Origin: Saccostrea echinata
Lineage: Eukaryota
Assembly (NCBI RefSeq): GCF_033153115.1
Contig: NW_026889754.1
Location: forward strand, 14,880,001 to 14,944,000
DNA length: 64,000 nucleotides
Direction: 5' to 3'
Shown: positions 47,191 to 61,300 of the stretch, piece after piece
Layout of the letters: each line of letters opens with the position of its first letter
Numbering within the stretch: the stretch's first letter is position 1
Position numbers and translations under genes: made by a program
Notes under the pieces: model-generated
Database searches by the model: none
What the model was told of the DNA's origin: nothing
Seen by the model: the letters and a program-made list of their open reading frames with translations, nothing else

Positions 47191-48157
47191 TATTATGCCC
47201 CCGTATCGAAGTTTCGGGGGTATATAGTTTTTGCCCTTTCCGTCCGTCTGTCTGTCCGCAAAAACTTCAACCTTGCCCATAACTTTTGATTGGTTGGAGC
47301 TATGGCTTTCATATTTCATATGTGTATTCCTTGTGACAAGACCTTTTCTTTGGGTACCACCATATTTGACCTTTTGACCTTGGAGTTTGACCCAGTTTTG
47401 CTAAATGTTACCAAACTTAAACCTTGGCCATAACTTTTGAACAATTGAAGCTAGGGCTTTTATACTTCACATATGTAATCCTTGTGACAGGACCTTTCTT
47501 TGGATACCAACAACTTTGACCTTTTGACCTTGACCTAGGAGTTTGACCTACTTTTGAAAAACTTGAACCTTGGCCATGACTTTTGAATGGGTTATTGCTA
47601 GGGCTTTCATACTTCACATGTGTAATCCTTTTGACAAGACCTTCCTTTGGATACCAAAAACTTGACCCTTTCACCTTGACCTTGGAGTTTGACCTACTTT
47701 TAGAAAACTTTAACCTTGGCCATAACTTTGGAATGGTTGGTGCAAGGGCTTTCATACTTCACATATGTAATCCTTGTGACAATACCTTTCTTTAGATACC
47801 AACAACTTTGACCCTGGAGTTTGACATACTATTGGAAAACTCTAACATTGGTCATAACTTCTAAACACTTGGTGCTTCGGCTTTCATATTTCACCAGTGT
47901 ATTTCTTGGGAGAAGGCCTTTCCTTGGGCACCATAAATTTTGACCTTGACCTTAATGTTTGACATACTTTTGAAAAAACAAACTTTTTCCATATCTATTT
48001 AATGGTTGCTGCTAGGGCTTTCATATTTCACAGGTTAATTCCTCGAGACAAGACCTTATTTTGGGTACCAACATATTTGATTTGCATCTGAGAAAGTTTA
48101 ACCTTTCCTATAAGTTACCATACGGGGGCATTAGTGTTTCACAAACACATCTTGTTT
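47191..48157 (+). mobile_element. Non-autonomous Helentron-type element with ~150-bp tandem repeats
   Basis: 5' tgcccccg..cggggg hairpin and (gtcc/gtct)n; repeated ccttggccataactttt units; 3' cgggggcat, gtgttt..aaacac hairpin, cttgttt. Confidence 0.8.
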
Positions 48158-48210
48158 ACATTAAGTATAACTTGTGTAGAATGAATCCCCGTTCTCTCTT
48201 CAATAGATAT

Positions 48211-48682
48211 TATTAGTCCCCTACCGGTGAAACCGGAGGGGACTATAGGTTTCCTCTGAGTCTGTCCGTCCGTCTGTCCGTCTGTCTGTCTGTCCCTCTG
48301 TCTGTCTTTCAGTCTGTCCCACTTGGTTTTCCGCACTTTTTTCCTAAACGCTTGCAGATATTGAGCTGATTTTTGGTATGTGAGTGTATCTTGATGAGTT
48401 ACAGATCAAGTTTGCATTTCGTTCCGCTTCATTGATTTTTGACGGAATTACGGCATTTTCAATTTTTAAGGGTTTTCCGCAATTTTCTTCTAAACGTTTG
48501 TAGATATTGAGCTGATTTTTGGTATGTAGCTTTACCTTGATTAGTTATAGATCAAGTTTGCATTTCGTCCCGCTTTATTAATTTTTGACGGAATTATGGC
48601 ATTTTCAATTCTTAACGGGAACCAGATTACACTTGCCGGTAGGGGACTAGTATTGCTAATGCAATACTCTCAGAAAGCTTGT
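48211..48682 (+). mobile_element. Non-autonomous Helentron-type element
   Basis: 5' tagtcccc.accgg..ccgg.ggggacta hairpin, (gtct/gtcc)n, two internal repeats, 3' ccggtaggggacta. Confidence 0.8.
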
Positions 48683-50578
48683 ATTTTTTTTATTATTTAA
48701 CGTTGATTTTTTTTATCAGATTGCATGCTTTAATATTCATCATGTTTTACTTGTCTAAGTAGGCTGTCATACTTTCAACGAGGAAAACGGATAAATTACC
48801 GTTGAATGGTTTTCCTCTTCGACTAGCTACTACAAGTTGGATTATTTTCCCATCGAACTGGCAAAGCCATTAATTGAAAAAGCCCTCTTTGGAGAAAATC
48901 ACATGGACTTAGTTTTTTTTTTCATGCAGTACCTCCTGAACAGACTGTTTCAAAGAATGATGTTGAAGTTTTTGAAAATCCATTTTATGAAGAGCTTTGT
49001 GCTATTGTAAGTTCACATGATTGTCTAAAATTTCCAACTGCCGGAAACATTAGAGGAACCTTCCTATCAAATCTCAGTTCAAACGTTGTCAATTCTTCTC
49101 ATCATTACGCCATCTAGAATAATTTGTAGATAACGATGTCATCAGTTAATTTACATTGTTTGTGACAACACGGATCCAAACCTAATTAACTTCAGTGGGG
49201 GACAATTCATCCTGACCTACAGCTTCAAAGAGTGAACGACCTTTTATTTTAAGTAATGGACAGCGAAACAGGAAAGTCCTAGTTCTTTATGTGACTAGGT
49301 GTGATAGTTTTAATGGATTTTAATTATTTATCTTTTGCATTTTGATCCTCCTTTCCCTAAAAGTCATACAAATCATGAGAGAAGTGAAATATCATGTACG
49401 CATTTTATAACAAGAGGAAAAGAAATTAACTTTAATAAAAGATCCTTTCGAGATACTTGGTATCATTTAAAAAAAAATGATGAAAGTGTTACCCGTTCCT
49501 TTTTAAGGAGTGATCGTAATAATCTTAGGAATACATGTATATGTTTAATAAAGTAGATAAATTAAAGCAAACAGTCAGGAAGGTTTTTCAAGCTTTATTT
49601 GATATGGTAGTGGTTAAGCAATTTTGGTTACAAACATCACTATTTTCATTTTGGTTACAAACATGACTATTATTGTATATTTCTTATCAAGTGCGCGTTT
49701 TCTATCATACAAAAACAAAAACACAAAAAATAGCAATATTGTTAATTATCACTTATACTCAAATTCAAAATATTTTTTTTTTCATTCAGACACTTGTTTT
49801 TAAACACATGCAGTACACAAAAATATCTCGAGATAACAATTATCTCGAGGTATTTTGCTTGTGATCATTGTTAATCACATCATAAAATCACTCCCAAAGT
49901 TTTTTTCTGAAAGAAAATGTGATGACAACAAAAGAAAATCAAGCTCAATAGTCCAATAAAATATTCAAATTTGGAGCAGAGCAAACATTGTACCCTGAGC
50001 ACACCGAAGGTGAAATGGAGCAGTAAGGATCCCTTTCGAATGGACACACCCGTCTTAATCATCTTGCCACAAGTTTAATCACTCGAGTACTGAAAATAAT
50101 CAAAATTAAGAGAATGTTTCTAATACTGAATTTTTCCAAGTTACTTGTAAGCATAACTCAAATGCAGCTCAAATTCATTTTTTTCATATACGTATGGTAT
50201 GTAAATCTGCATTCAACCTCCTGACAAAGGAGTTTTTTCTCAATCAGAACAAATCTATACTTATAAATTAATAAATTTTGCAAATAAACTCCGAAAGGGG
50301 TGCACCAGAGTTCTTAATTATTCCTCTAATAATACAATATATACAAGATGATGTCCGTAAACTATATTTAGATTTCACTCCCATAGTAAGTATCGTACAT
50401 TAAATTAAAAGTTTACTTTTATTTTCTATAAATGAAAGTAGCAAAAACGTGAGTACGGTGGCGTTTCCGGTTGGCGGATCTAAGTTACTGGCAATTTTTA
50501 ATGAAAATGACAACAAGCAATCATTTATTCATTTCATAAAACGTCATCACTGAATTATTCAATCAAAACTTGATTTAA

Positions 50579-51611
50579 AGTGACAGTACGGCGCATCTCA
50601 TCAAAAAACTGACTTGATAAAATTTTCCGACAAGATTTGGTATTTTTTTTACTGCTCATAAATGTATAAACTTTCAGAAAATTACAACTGTCACAATTAA
50701 ATAATTTAGATTATTTCGTTAAAATTAATAGTTATTTATGGGACGTAAATATATACATCGCAACGTGTTCGGGGTTCCACATTCCATGCTATGCACGCAT
50801 GCGTAGTTTTCATAAACAAAACAGCATGGTTAGAGAGGGAAGCCCGGTAGGCCAGCTACATTGACAAAGTCGACCAAAAAGAAAAAGAAACTGAAAATAG
50901 AACTTGAAAAAGCAACTTTCCTGACTAAAATTTAGTTTGGAGATTAATATAATCGCTGGATAAGGAAGAAACGGGAACTCGGCGACACTCGTGCAGGGCT
51001 CTCGAAGGTTCTATTCGACAGGCCTGTTGATACTTGTTATCATTTCTCATTTTTCCATCGCTTTCAAAGAAAAAAATTAGTGTAAACTCAACATAAAAAT
51101 ACACCTTTGACTTATAAATATTGTTGCCATTTGAAGTGCTAATTTTTTTTAACTGTGCAGAAAAATATTTTGTTTGATAACGTATGATTAGTTGGTTTTT
51201 CCTTTCTCGGACCCCAATACACAAAACGTCAACATTTGTACTTTTAATTCTGTTAAATTCGCCTGAAAGCAGACTAAAATCTTTACAATTATTATTTTAG
51301 ATTATTTTATCAGAAAGTTATGATAATTTGCTTTTGAAAATTGCTTTTACCTAATATTCATTATAATTGTAAACTATACAGTGTAGGCACGTGTCATTTT
51401 AGAATTCACGTGGTACTAATAAACAGATCTAAGATTGCTCCAGTTCGTACGACCCTTGATTTTCCGGCAGATTCTAATTACGTTAATTTTGTTTGAGTAG
51501 AGAATATTTCTGTTTCTCAAACTGCTTACAACAACTTTATACCTTATTTCTTAGTGACATATTGGGTAAATTTGAATGAAAAAGCACACATTTTGCAGCC
51601 GTACTGTCGCT
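50579..51611. mobile_element. TTAA-flanked non-autonomous DNA transposon (Kolobok-like)
   Basis: ttaa|ag(t/c)gacagtacgg TIR at both ends. Confidence 0.75.
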
Positions 51612-52145
51612 TTAAATGATATAAAAAAAAAATAAAAAATTAAAAAAGGGAAATATGCAAATTATTTTCGAAATTCACCGATCTTAATATTGACGGAAGC
51701 TTCTAGAACATCATATAGTATCGAGCCCGATGTTAAAAAGAAAAACGAGGCGATTACAGCTGCATGAACATAAAAAAAGCTTTTGTGTGAATGGTCATTG
51801 AAATAATGGTAAATCATTGATAACACTATAAGTTGTGAATATATCTATATATCGAAAGACTATTACATATGTATAGTAGGTTTTCCTAATAAATTAAACG
51901 GTAAAATTTGTATATATTCCTTACTGAGAGCATCGTGGCAACGAACCCGAAATGCAATTTGTACTTCGTAATAAAACTTGCTTACATGAAGAGAGAAAAT
52001 TGATAAATACATGTAAAGTATTGTTCAAATACAATTAAAGCTGTAAAATTTTGTGCTTTAATCAATACATTTCAGGTTTTTTTTTCTGAATAGTCTTTTG
52101 TTTCAAATACTCGGCCTATTCATAGGGCGTTAAATTTATTTTTTC

Positions 52146-52273
52146 CACAGGTACTTGGGTCTTGGTTTATAAATATGTACCTTATTGATATGTAAAATAA
52201 AGAAAGTAAAGTACATTTTTTACATATCAATAAGGTACATACATTTTTATAAACCAAGACCCATGTACCTGTG
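52146..52273. repeat. 128-bp near-perfect palindrome (foldback/MITE-like)
   Basis: cacaggtac.tgggtcttggtttataaa..tatgtaccttattgatatgtaaaa and its reverse complement. Confidence 0.85.
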
Positions 52274-54087
52274 AATTTTTACCCCCCCCCCCCCAAATCA
52301 ATTTATCAGTAAAATGTGCATATTCGCTGCTTTTATCCTTGACAGAAATGAAATTAGAGCATCTTAAGCACAATATCCATAAAATAGTATTACAGGTTTC
52401 AAAATAAACGTCAATTAATGAAATTGTTATTTTTTTTTTATTTTTTCCAAAAAGGGGGAGGGTTGGAGACGTACGTCTACTTTATGCGGGACTTTGAACA
52501 AAGTATTTCTTCCTGCTGTAAGCCTGTAGGCTGTCAGTAAAAACTACGATATATTTTCTGTCGGTAGTGGTTTAAATTCAATTCCCCGCGTTTGCGCGGG
52601 ATTTCATCTAGTTATGTTTAAGGATGCGATTGCAAGGCGTCACGTGATCGACTTATGTGATGTTTAAAAAAAGAAGATTTACGGTAACCATTTCCGGAAT
52701 AACAGCTGAATAAGGAACGTGATTATGATTACGCCCATGACAAAGGTCTTCGTGGCAATATTTTTAAAACAGAGAAAGAATAAGATAAAGATGTAATTTT
52801 GCAGTGTTGGTGAGCGTCGACGCAGTTTTTTTTTTATCCATGTGTTTTTTTTTCGTTTTGACATGTCTACCTTTTATCGTAGTTCTGAACACTGAAATCT
52901 ATTTCATTAATAAATTTAATCCATATCTGGATCTTCATGTCCTCTAGTTTTATTTAAAATATTAGATTTTTATTTGAGATCGGTTTCTTTAATAGGCCTA
53001 TAGGATCTACATCTATGAATAGATACTCATTTCCTAGAAGCTTCAGACGATGTGATTTCCTCAGTGATTATAATAAATATAGGCCTATATGGATGAACAG
53101 ATAAACGAATGCGAATTTCACATATACGTGTATAGACCAGTTTTAGGTTGTATGCTGGGCATGAACGTATTTTTAAAATATCGCAGAGGAAATTGCTTTC
53201 CTCTGTAAGATCTTCTCCAGCATTTTCAACTCTTACATCGACCATGTAAACATGGAATGGCCGGCATATATACATGTATTGAGTAAACATTTGTTGTAGT
53301 AAAATGTTTTATGCGTCGTATTTGGTAAACAATTGAAACTCAACACAATTCTTCTGTTAGAAAAAAGTTTCTTTTTGCAAGTTTTCACAAATCAGGTGTA
53401 TTAAATAATGTAATGTATATGTAATAATATATAAATTCTCTGTATTCTAAGTGTTTGAGTAAATTGTCCTGGACTAGACAACAAAATATACAAGACAGAA
53501 TTCATATCTATTTTTTTTTTAAATTTGATAAAATGAAGTAATAAATTATTGTGCTAAATTTTATAAAGAGTATACATATTTTTAGCAAGATTATTTAGGC
53601 TGATGCCCATTTTTATGTTTTAGGGAGAAGAGCTTGCTTAAGTCCTGCCAATCGGAAGCTTGCTGTGTGTCTTAAACCTTAAATTACAGTGCACTTCTTG
53701 ACCATGTCAACATAGATATGAGTTTTGGCTTCTAGAAAAAATATTGGATTGCATTGAACCATGCAAATAAAATTGCAGAGCTGTTGGACTGTATCTTTGT
53801 TTGCTCTATAATACTCTCTGGTGGTCTTAGTATCCGAATAAAACAATTTTAAATAAATTGAGGAACTGTTTTGTATGTTGCTAAATCTTTTTTGTTTGTT
53901 TTTTTTAAAAAATGTTCTAAAATAAAAAAAATATTTTCAAAATATAAATTATACTTTCACTGTATATGTGTATGGACATGAGATTTTGTAAATTGATAAA
54001 ACTGCTTATTAGTACGTGGCATTTCAGCAACATTGCAGGTTATTGAGTCTGTGGCAGTTACCCGGTAGGCAGGTTTAGTTGCTAGTT

Positions 54088-54153
54088 GCCAGATAGCTCA
54101 GTTGGTAGAGCACCTGACTAGTCATGCAAGTGCCTGGGTTTTGAATCCTGGTC
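54088..54153 (+). pseudogene. tRNA-derived sequence (SINE head or tRNA pseudogene)
   Basis: tagctcagttggtagagc D-arm/A box; degenerate B box gggttttgaatcc; poor acceptor stem. Confidence 0.6.
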
Positions 54154-55446
54154 ACATTTTTCTTCTTTCCAGTAACAAGTGAGTGTAGATGCTTAACTTA
54201 AATATTACATAGTTGATTCTCTGTGCAGTATCTTGACCACCACTGAGGCAGTACACGCAACTTTAGATTGAATTCCAGTGTCAAGTTTGATACACTTAAT
54301 ACAAGATACATGTATTTCCTCAGTCGTACATCATTGGAGGTCTTGAACAATTTTAGTGTCAAGCAGTAGCAAGATATTTTTTCAAACTGATTTATTGAAT
54401 TGAGAGATTTTACATGTTTATATTGATTCAGTTTAAGAAACCGAACAAGTCTTTTTTTCCCCCAAAAAATAATGCCTTGATCTTGTGTGTGGAATTTGGA
54501 ATATGAACAAGACTTTTGAGCTTATGTACCCAATTGTCAGGCTTTTTACAATGAACTTCCATTTCATCACATATTGGAATAATGTTTAAATATGTTTAAC
54601 AATCATATATACTTTTAGAACTTTGTGTGTTTATAGAATGCAACAACTCCTCCCCCCCCCTTTTTTTTTTAAGTTGCTGCAATTCCGCCCAATTGACAAA
54701 TCACGACAACGCATGTTGACACTACACGTTCTAGAATGAAGTACATGTACAACTTATAGAGTAAAATACAACAAAGTAGTCGTTAAATAGTGTTTTACTA
54801 TGTATTATTTCCGAAGTTACATAATTGATACTGATATCGCGGGAAATATGTACAAGAACTGGTTTTGACTCAGAAAGGAGAACCATAGATATTTCAAATA
54901 AACGTACATTAAAATATACTTCTACCTTCATGGTAAACACATTATATTACACGCATAAATCGACGATTTCAGGCGTACATAATCTCGATTTCAGGCGTTA
55001 CTAAAGTAAACAACTCGACCCAAATGTAAACCGGAAGTAACCCTGTGGAACATTTTCCTAAAATCACGTGATCGGCGTGACTAAACGGGGAATAAAAACG
55101 GCGTTCCGGTATAACTCGAAACGCGGCTATTGAAATGCGTGTAGCTTCAAAAAGAATGTGATAACCCCACTTCATATTTTAACCAAAATTCACTTTATAA
55201 TAATTGTTACAAAATATATTAATTTTAGGAAAAGAAGATGGGTGAACATTGCGATCAATAAACCTATTCACGACTTAAGACAACGATCGCGAATCGGGAA
55301 TTTAAATTCCACATTGATTTTACCTTTATTTTACAATGGGTACAGTACCGTACTAAAACGTTACCTTGAATGTTTAACGCAGACAATGGAGAATATAAAA
55401 AGAAATAAAACGAATAAAAAAGGAAGAAATATTCTCCAAAACATAC

Positions 55447-56200
55447 CTAATCAGAATCATCATCGGAGTTTGTTTCACAAGCTGCATCGTGTATATTGGA
55501 CATTAAGTGGTTTTTTACTGACACATAACTACATTGATGTCTGGAGTACCCAAGATACCATATGACGCTGCATATGTGCGCGCAGCATCCTACGGTTCGG
55601 GCCCCACATTTGCACTGACAAAACCAACCAGAAATATCCGTGGATGAATATGACACCTGACCCCACCTCTGATGATTGGAGGTCCGTGTTTGCTCTGCTC
55701 CTATTTTGTATTGTTTTTGATCTTGAATACTGTTCGTTATCTCCATATATTTCATCTAATCCACAAATTATAAACAAGTTTATTTCTGTGTCGAGATTGA
55801 ATCTTTGCATGAATTAAATCACTGTCATTCTTGGACACATCAATAAGATATTGTCCATTTTCAAGATGTTCTGAAACGTAAGAACTTGCTTGTTTCAATT
55901 GGTAAACGCCAAAAGTTATTTGACGGACATAGTCCTCAGTGAGGACTGAAAAATCTGTGATAATGTCTTTGGCGTCTATACGCCTCCATGTTTTAGAATT
56001 TTCACGATATTTTAGAGAGGATACATCATCTCACCCCATTCGTTGTTTTGCTGTAGCATTTTCCTTTGACTTGAGGAGCATTTGGTAACCAACTTTAAGA
56101 TCATCGGCATCATTCGATTTAAGTGGTGGCTTGTATTTATTTATTATGCTACTCACAATTCTAATATAATCACCAATAAATGAAACTTGACTATTGTGTA
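55447..56200 (-). pseudogene. C-terminal relic of a DNA transposase with a SWIM-type zinc finger
   Basis: ITFGVYQLKQASSYVSEH, KIQSRH and WFCQCKCGARTVGCCAHICSVIWYLG in broken frames. Confidence 0.7.
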
Positions 56201-56203
56201 CTA

Positions 56204-56447
56204 CTGATCCTTACGTCGCGGGTTCGAAACCCACTGTGGGACGGGAGACCGGTCCTTCGGTTGAGATCATATTAACCGAGGTCCCGTGTCGCAGCAGGTG
56301 CTGGCACGAAAAAGATCCCTCACTGCTCAATGGACTTGACTGTCGTGTATAGGTCAAAATTTGCAGCTCTCCACCGGCAAGTGGTGGCGTCTCCATATGA
56401 GTGTAACATTCTCGAAAGGGAAGTTAAACAAAACACAAACAAAACAA
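56204..56447 (+). mobile_element. 5'-truncated tRNA-derived SINE
   Basis: gatccttacgtcgcgggttcgaa...; same family as 13519 and 13944. Confidence 0.85.
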
Positions 56448-56449
56448 TC

Positions 56450-56835
56450 TATCGTCAACTTCCCTTATTTAATTAGCAGTAAACGAGGCAAACTATTGAC
56501 AAAAAGTTTCTGAAACAAGAATATTAACGGTCTCGTTTAGAGTCAATATTTCGCAAACTATATGGTAGTTATAATGACCTTGTCAGCAAATACAATCTAT
56601 CTATCTAAGTCGAATGTTTACTAACGTTTTTTCATACTAATTGTTGTGCCATTTTTTTTACACTGAATTATCTACGGATTTTTCCGTTTGTCCGATCATA
56701 ACAAGGAGCACACGGAGAGTGTGATCCGTCGACAGGGGGTGCTTAGTCCTCCATGACACTTGACCCGCTTCTGATGATTTTAGAGGTCATTGTTTGCTCT
56801 GCTCCAAATTTATATTTCAGCGTGATTACTATTCG
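56450..56835 (+). repeat. Dispersed retroelement-derived repeat (Penelope-like 3' region)
   Basis: Similar segments at ~42090-42290, ~6870-6910 (minus), ~49970-50055 (minus) and ~55660-55700 (gaggtccgtgtttgctctgctc); family assignment is inference. Confidence 0.5.
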
Positions 56836-58080
56836 TCTTTATTTTTCGTACATGACATATATTAACACCCCCACCCCACCCCCGCTTCTCTGTTAATAAA
56901 ACTATTTTACTGTACCTGTTGGTGATCATTCTCAAAATTTTGTCTACATTTCTTTTTGGATGCAACAAAATACACTTACTGACCAATACCCTAAAGAACT
57001 CTAATCAAATGTTTCAATTAAAAGAATTGTGTCCAGACAAGGTAAGTATATGTGGTGGGGAGGGGTTATACAAGGTTCAAATCTTTATACTTATATGTAA
57101 GTACATGTACACTCTAACCTTGACGACTGTATATATCATGCCAGCAAATGTTTGTTAAAACAACAACACAGAACGTGCCTTTTACTCCCCAAATTGTATC
57201 TTAAATAAATACGGATAAATGATGACTTTAAGCTCTCTATTAGACTATTATTAAGTGTTTTTTATAATTGTAAGTAAAAGTGAATGACAAGGCGTAGAAA
57301 GTTTAAATACATATTTCAAAATACAAAAATTATAATTATGCATTTTTAAAGATAAAAAAATTACCACTATAGTAACTACAGATGTAATTTTTTTATATGT
57401 ACATGCACAGGTGACGTTTTTACCATTTTACTTTCTAAATACAAATAAAAGTTGGATTTATATTTAACATTCGGGGTCCGGTTCGGGTTCGTTTTGTTTG
57501 AGGTTGTGTCTGTTTTGTACTTTACTATCTGTCAAATCTCATTACCTCTTCTAAATTTCTATTATTATTATGCCCTTTAGATCATTTTAACATTTAGTAG
57601 ACAAGAGATAAGATTAGAACACTGTACATGTATATTAAAGACTTATGAACCTTATGACTTCAGTGGAGGACTAAAAAAATACTTAACATTTTAAATGATT
57701 GAGAGAAATCTAACAATTGACATATAATTACATAAGATAAACTTTAATGGAAAAAACAAACATTTAAACAAGGAAGTTCATTTCTTCATGTGACTAGATA
57801 TGGCGGATTTTCAATCAATTTCGTAATATTTTTTCTTTTGAATTATGGCGTATTTTTCCCCAAAAGGTCACCCAAATCATAAAAGATGTGAAAAGTTATG
57901 TACGCAGTTTATAATGAAAGGAGAGGAAATTACCTTTTCAATTAAATGACCCTTTGAAAATCCCTGGTTTCGGATCTAAAGAAATTTATGAAAGTGTTAC
58001 ATGTTCCATTTAAAATACAAAGCTATATTCAACAATATAAATGTATAATTGATACTAAGGCAAATAAAATAAAGCAATAA

Positions 58081-58082
<2 letters not shown>

Positions 58083-58139
<57 letters not shown>
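58083..58139. repeat. (AT)n microsatellite
   Basis: Pure AT dinucleotide run. Confidence 0.98.
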
Positions 58140-58141
<2 letters not shown>

Positions 58142-58397
58142 CATAGAATCAGGAAGATTTTTAGAGCCTTTTTTGTTTTGGTAGCAGTAGAAAGAACTCT
58201 GGATAATAACATAGCTATCCGTGTACATTTTTCATCACTTGTGTGTGTTGAATATCACGAACACATTCAAGCCATTGCCTTAAGCTGGGATTTGATCTCA
58301 CTTTTCCTACTTCAGATATAAGTGTTTTCCAATTATAGTAATCAAAATTCTAATTGAAAATACAAAGAATTTTAAGGAAGTATAGTGCGGAGGAAAA

Positions 58398-61300
58398 ATG
58401 GTGGAATGGTTCAAGTTATTGTGCCTTTTAGTGGTCTTCGTTGTTGCAACAGAATGCTTTGGTAATGTTGTTTAATAATTTTAAAATAGAAGAGTTGTCA
58501 ACAGAAATAATACATTTTTGCTAAATCGGACTTAAATTCAAGTTAAATGTTAAAACTTATAAAAATCAAACATTACATTCATTTTTCTTTTTTTCGGGCA
58601 GCAATTTATTTTCCATGATATACATGTATACTTGGAAATTATCCCGGTGTATTTTGCTCGTTGCGATTGTGAATCACAATCATTATAAAATGGTCTATTT
58701 TAAAAAAAAAAATACTTGTGACAGAAATGTGAAAATATCTAACAATTATCAAGCTCAAGAATTCAATTAAACAATACAGAAGCATCCTATGTCCCGTCGT
58801 GAAACCTTGGTCTTGATCCGATAAACAGCGTGATTTCTAGTAAAATAAAAACATCAGTGTAAATATAATGACCTTAAATTTGGCGCAAGCACATATACTC
58901 CCTATGCATTATTGAAAATGACTTGAATAGAGAGAATGTTCTTGCTTATGGATTTTTCAAGGTATCCTAGCCTGTATTAAAATAATTGAATATCACTCAA
59001 GTTTTTTTAGCACCTTCTCAGCTCAAGAACAATGACCACAGTAATTATCAGTAAATCTCAGCATCGACAGCACATCAACAGTATTTATAAGTATTTATCA
59101 GACTCAACAGTAAAGACGACAGTAATTATCAGTATTTATCAGAAACAACTAAAATTATCAGTAACAACAGTAAGAATAACAGTAATTATCAGTATTTATC
59201 AGAAACAACTAAAATTATCAGTAACAACAGTAAGAATAACAATAAATATCAGTATTTATCAGCAAGAACAGCACAGTATCAGTAATTATCAAACATTATC
59301 AGTAAATTTTGGGATTCTCAGCACTTTTTTCGTCCAGTAGTGCCTGTAAGTGTGACTTGGGTTTGGCTTTACTGGAATTCTTTTTTGAGTTTGGGTCTCA
59401 AATTTACATCCACCCTATATCTAAAATCTTTTTATCATTGCGTTTACGATCTAAATCGGCCTACAAGCTGTGAAATAATATGTATAAGCAAAGATATGAT
59501 TACATTGTCTTATATTTCACAAAGTATAATCATCTTCCATCAACCTATTTTTTTTATTTATTCATTTGTAGAAAATCTCAGTCAACTCTCGGAGTATGCA
59601 GGCCATGCGACGCAGAGTGAATCTTACAGGTACCCGGCCAAGTACACAGCCGACAAAGCAGTTGATGGATATTTTCAAGAAGATTTTGGTGAAGACACCT
59701 GTAGCATCACCCTAGCTAACCCCCATATTCGAAGGGCTTGGTGGAAATTCCCCTTAAAACGAAAGGCCAATGTAGCTTATTTGACAATCTTTTTTCGAAA
59801 TTCAAGTAAGATTTTTATCCATGAAAAAGAATGCGACAGTATACGTAATATTTTATCACAACAATATGATCTAATCCGAAGAGGTTTTAGCAAATAAATA
59901 TATAACGGCCTATTAAATGGTAAACATAGATATTTTTTTGTTTGTTTCAAATCTGATTTTTGGATGAAAAAAAAAAATGAAATTTATATTTGTGGAACTC
60001 TTCCGTTTTATCTGTATTTTCGTTAACTCCATATAATTAAGCAAAAATGACAGAACAAAAGAAAAAACATTCTTTGCAAACTATTTCAGCTGTCAATCGG
60101 CACACGGGATTTTCTGTTTTTGTATTTGATGACTCGTCTTTTACACCGCCTTATGGATATGGAGAAAAAGTCTATTCCCACAATCCTTCTACGTGCCCAC
60201 AGGTAGAGATGAATATAACAGTCAATAAAGTGACTCAAGGAATAGCTCTGTATAATTCAAAGAATCCTCCCTTGGACACAAACTGCACAGAATATGAACC
60301 GACATTTGCTACCATTGAAATATGCGAAGTACTTGTTATAGGTATGTTTTTCTACATGTTAGGTGCAATAGATATGCCTCTATTTTTATGCCCCCGGATC
60401 GAAAGATCCTAGGGGTATATTGTTTTTGTCCTGTCTGTCTGTTGTTAACTTAACCTTGCCCAAAACGTTTGATTGGTTGGAGCTATGACTTTCATATTTC
60501 ACATGTGTATTCAGTGTGACAAGACCTTTCTTTGGGTACCATCATATTTGACCTTGACCTTGGAGTTTGACCCACTTTTGCAAAATTTTATGAGACTTTA
60601 ACTTTGGCCATAACTTCTGAACAGTTGGTGCTTGGGGTTTCAAACTTCACATGTGTATTCTTTGTGACAAGGCCTTCCTTTGAATACCAACAACTTTGAC
60701 TCTTTGACCTTGGAGTTTGACCTACTTTTGAAAAACTTTAACCTTGACCATAACTTTTGAAGGGTTGGAGCTACGGCTTTCATACTTCACATGTGTATTC
60801 CTTGTGACAAGACCTTCCTTTGGATACCAACCACTTTGACCTTGACCTAGGAGTTTGACCGACATTTGAAAAACTTTGACCTTGGCCATAACTTTTGAAT
60901 GGTTGACTCTAGGGCTTTCATACTTCACATATGTATTCCTTGTGACATCACCTTCCTTTGGATACCAACCACTTTGACCTTTTGACCTTGACATAGGAGT
61001 TTGAACTTCTTTAGAAAAACTATAACCTTGGCCATAACTTTTGAATGGTTGGTGCTAGGGCTTTCATACTTCACATATATAATCCTTGTGATAAGACCTT
61101 CCTTTGGATACCAACCTCTTTGACCTTGATCTAGGATTGTGACCTACTTTTGAAAAACGTCAACCTTGGCTATAACTTTTGAATGGTTGATGATAAGGGC
61201 TTTCATACTTCAGATATGTAATCCTTGTGACATCACCTTCCTTTGGATATCAACCACTTTGACCCTTTGACCTTGACATAGGAGTTTGACCTACTTTTCA

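Noticed and set aside
47417-47795. ORFs here and at 60722-60994 and 61425-61616
   Set aside because: Open frames through tandem-repeat units of Helentron-type elements
54088-54153. Functional tRNA gene
   Set aside because: T-loop and acceptor stem are degenerate; treated as a tRNA-derived repeat
59032-59340. 102-aa ORF
   Set aside because: Translation of an intronic minisatellite
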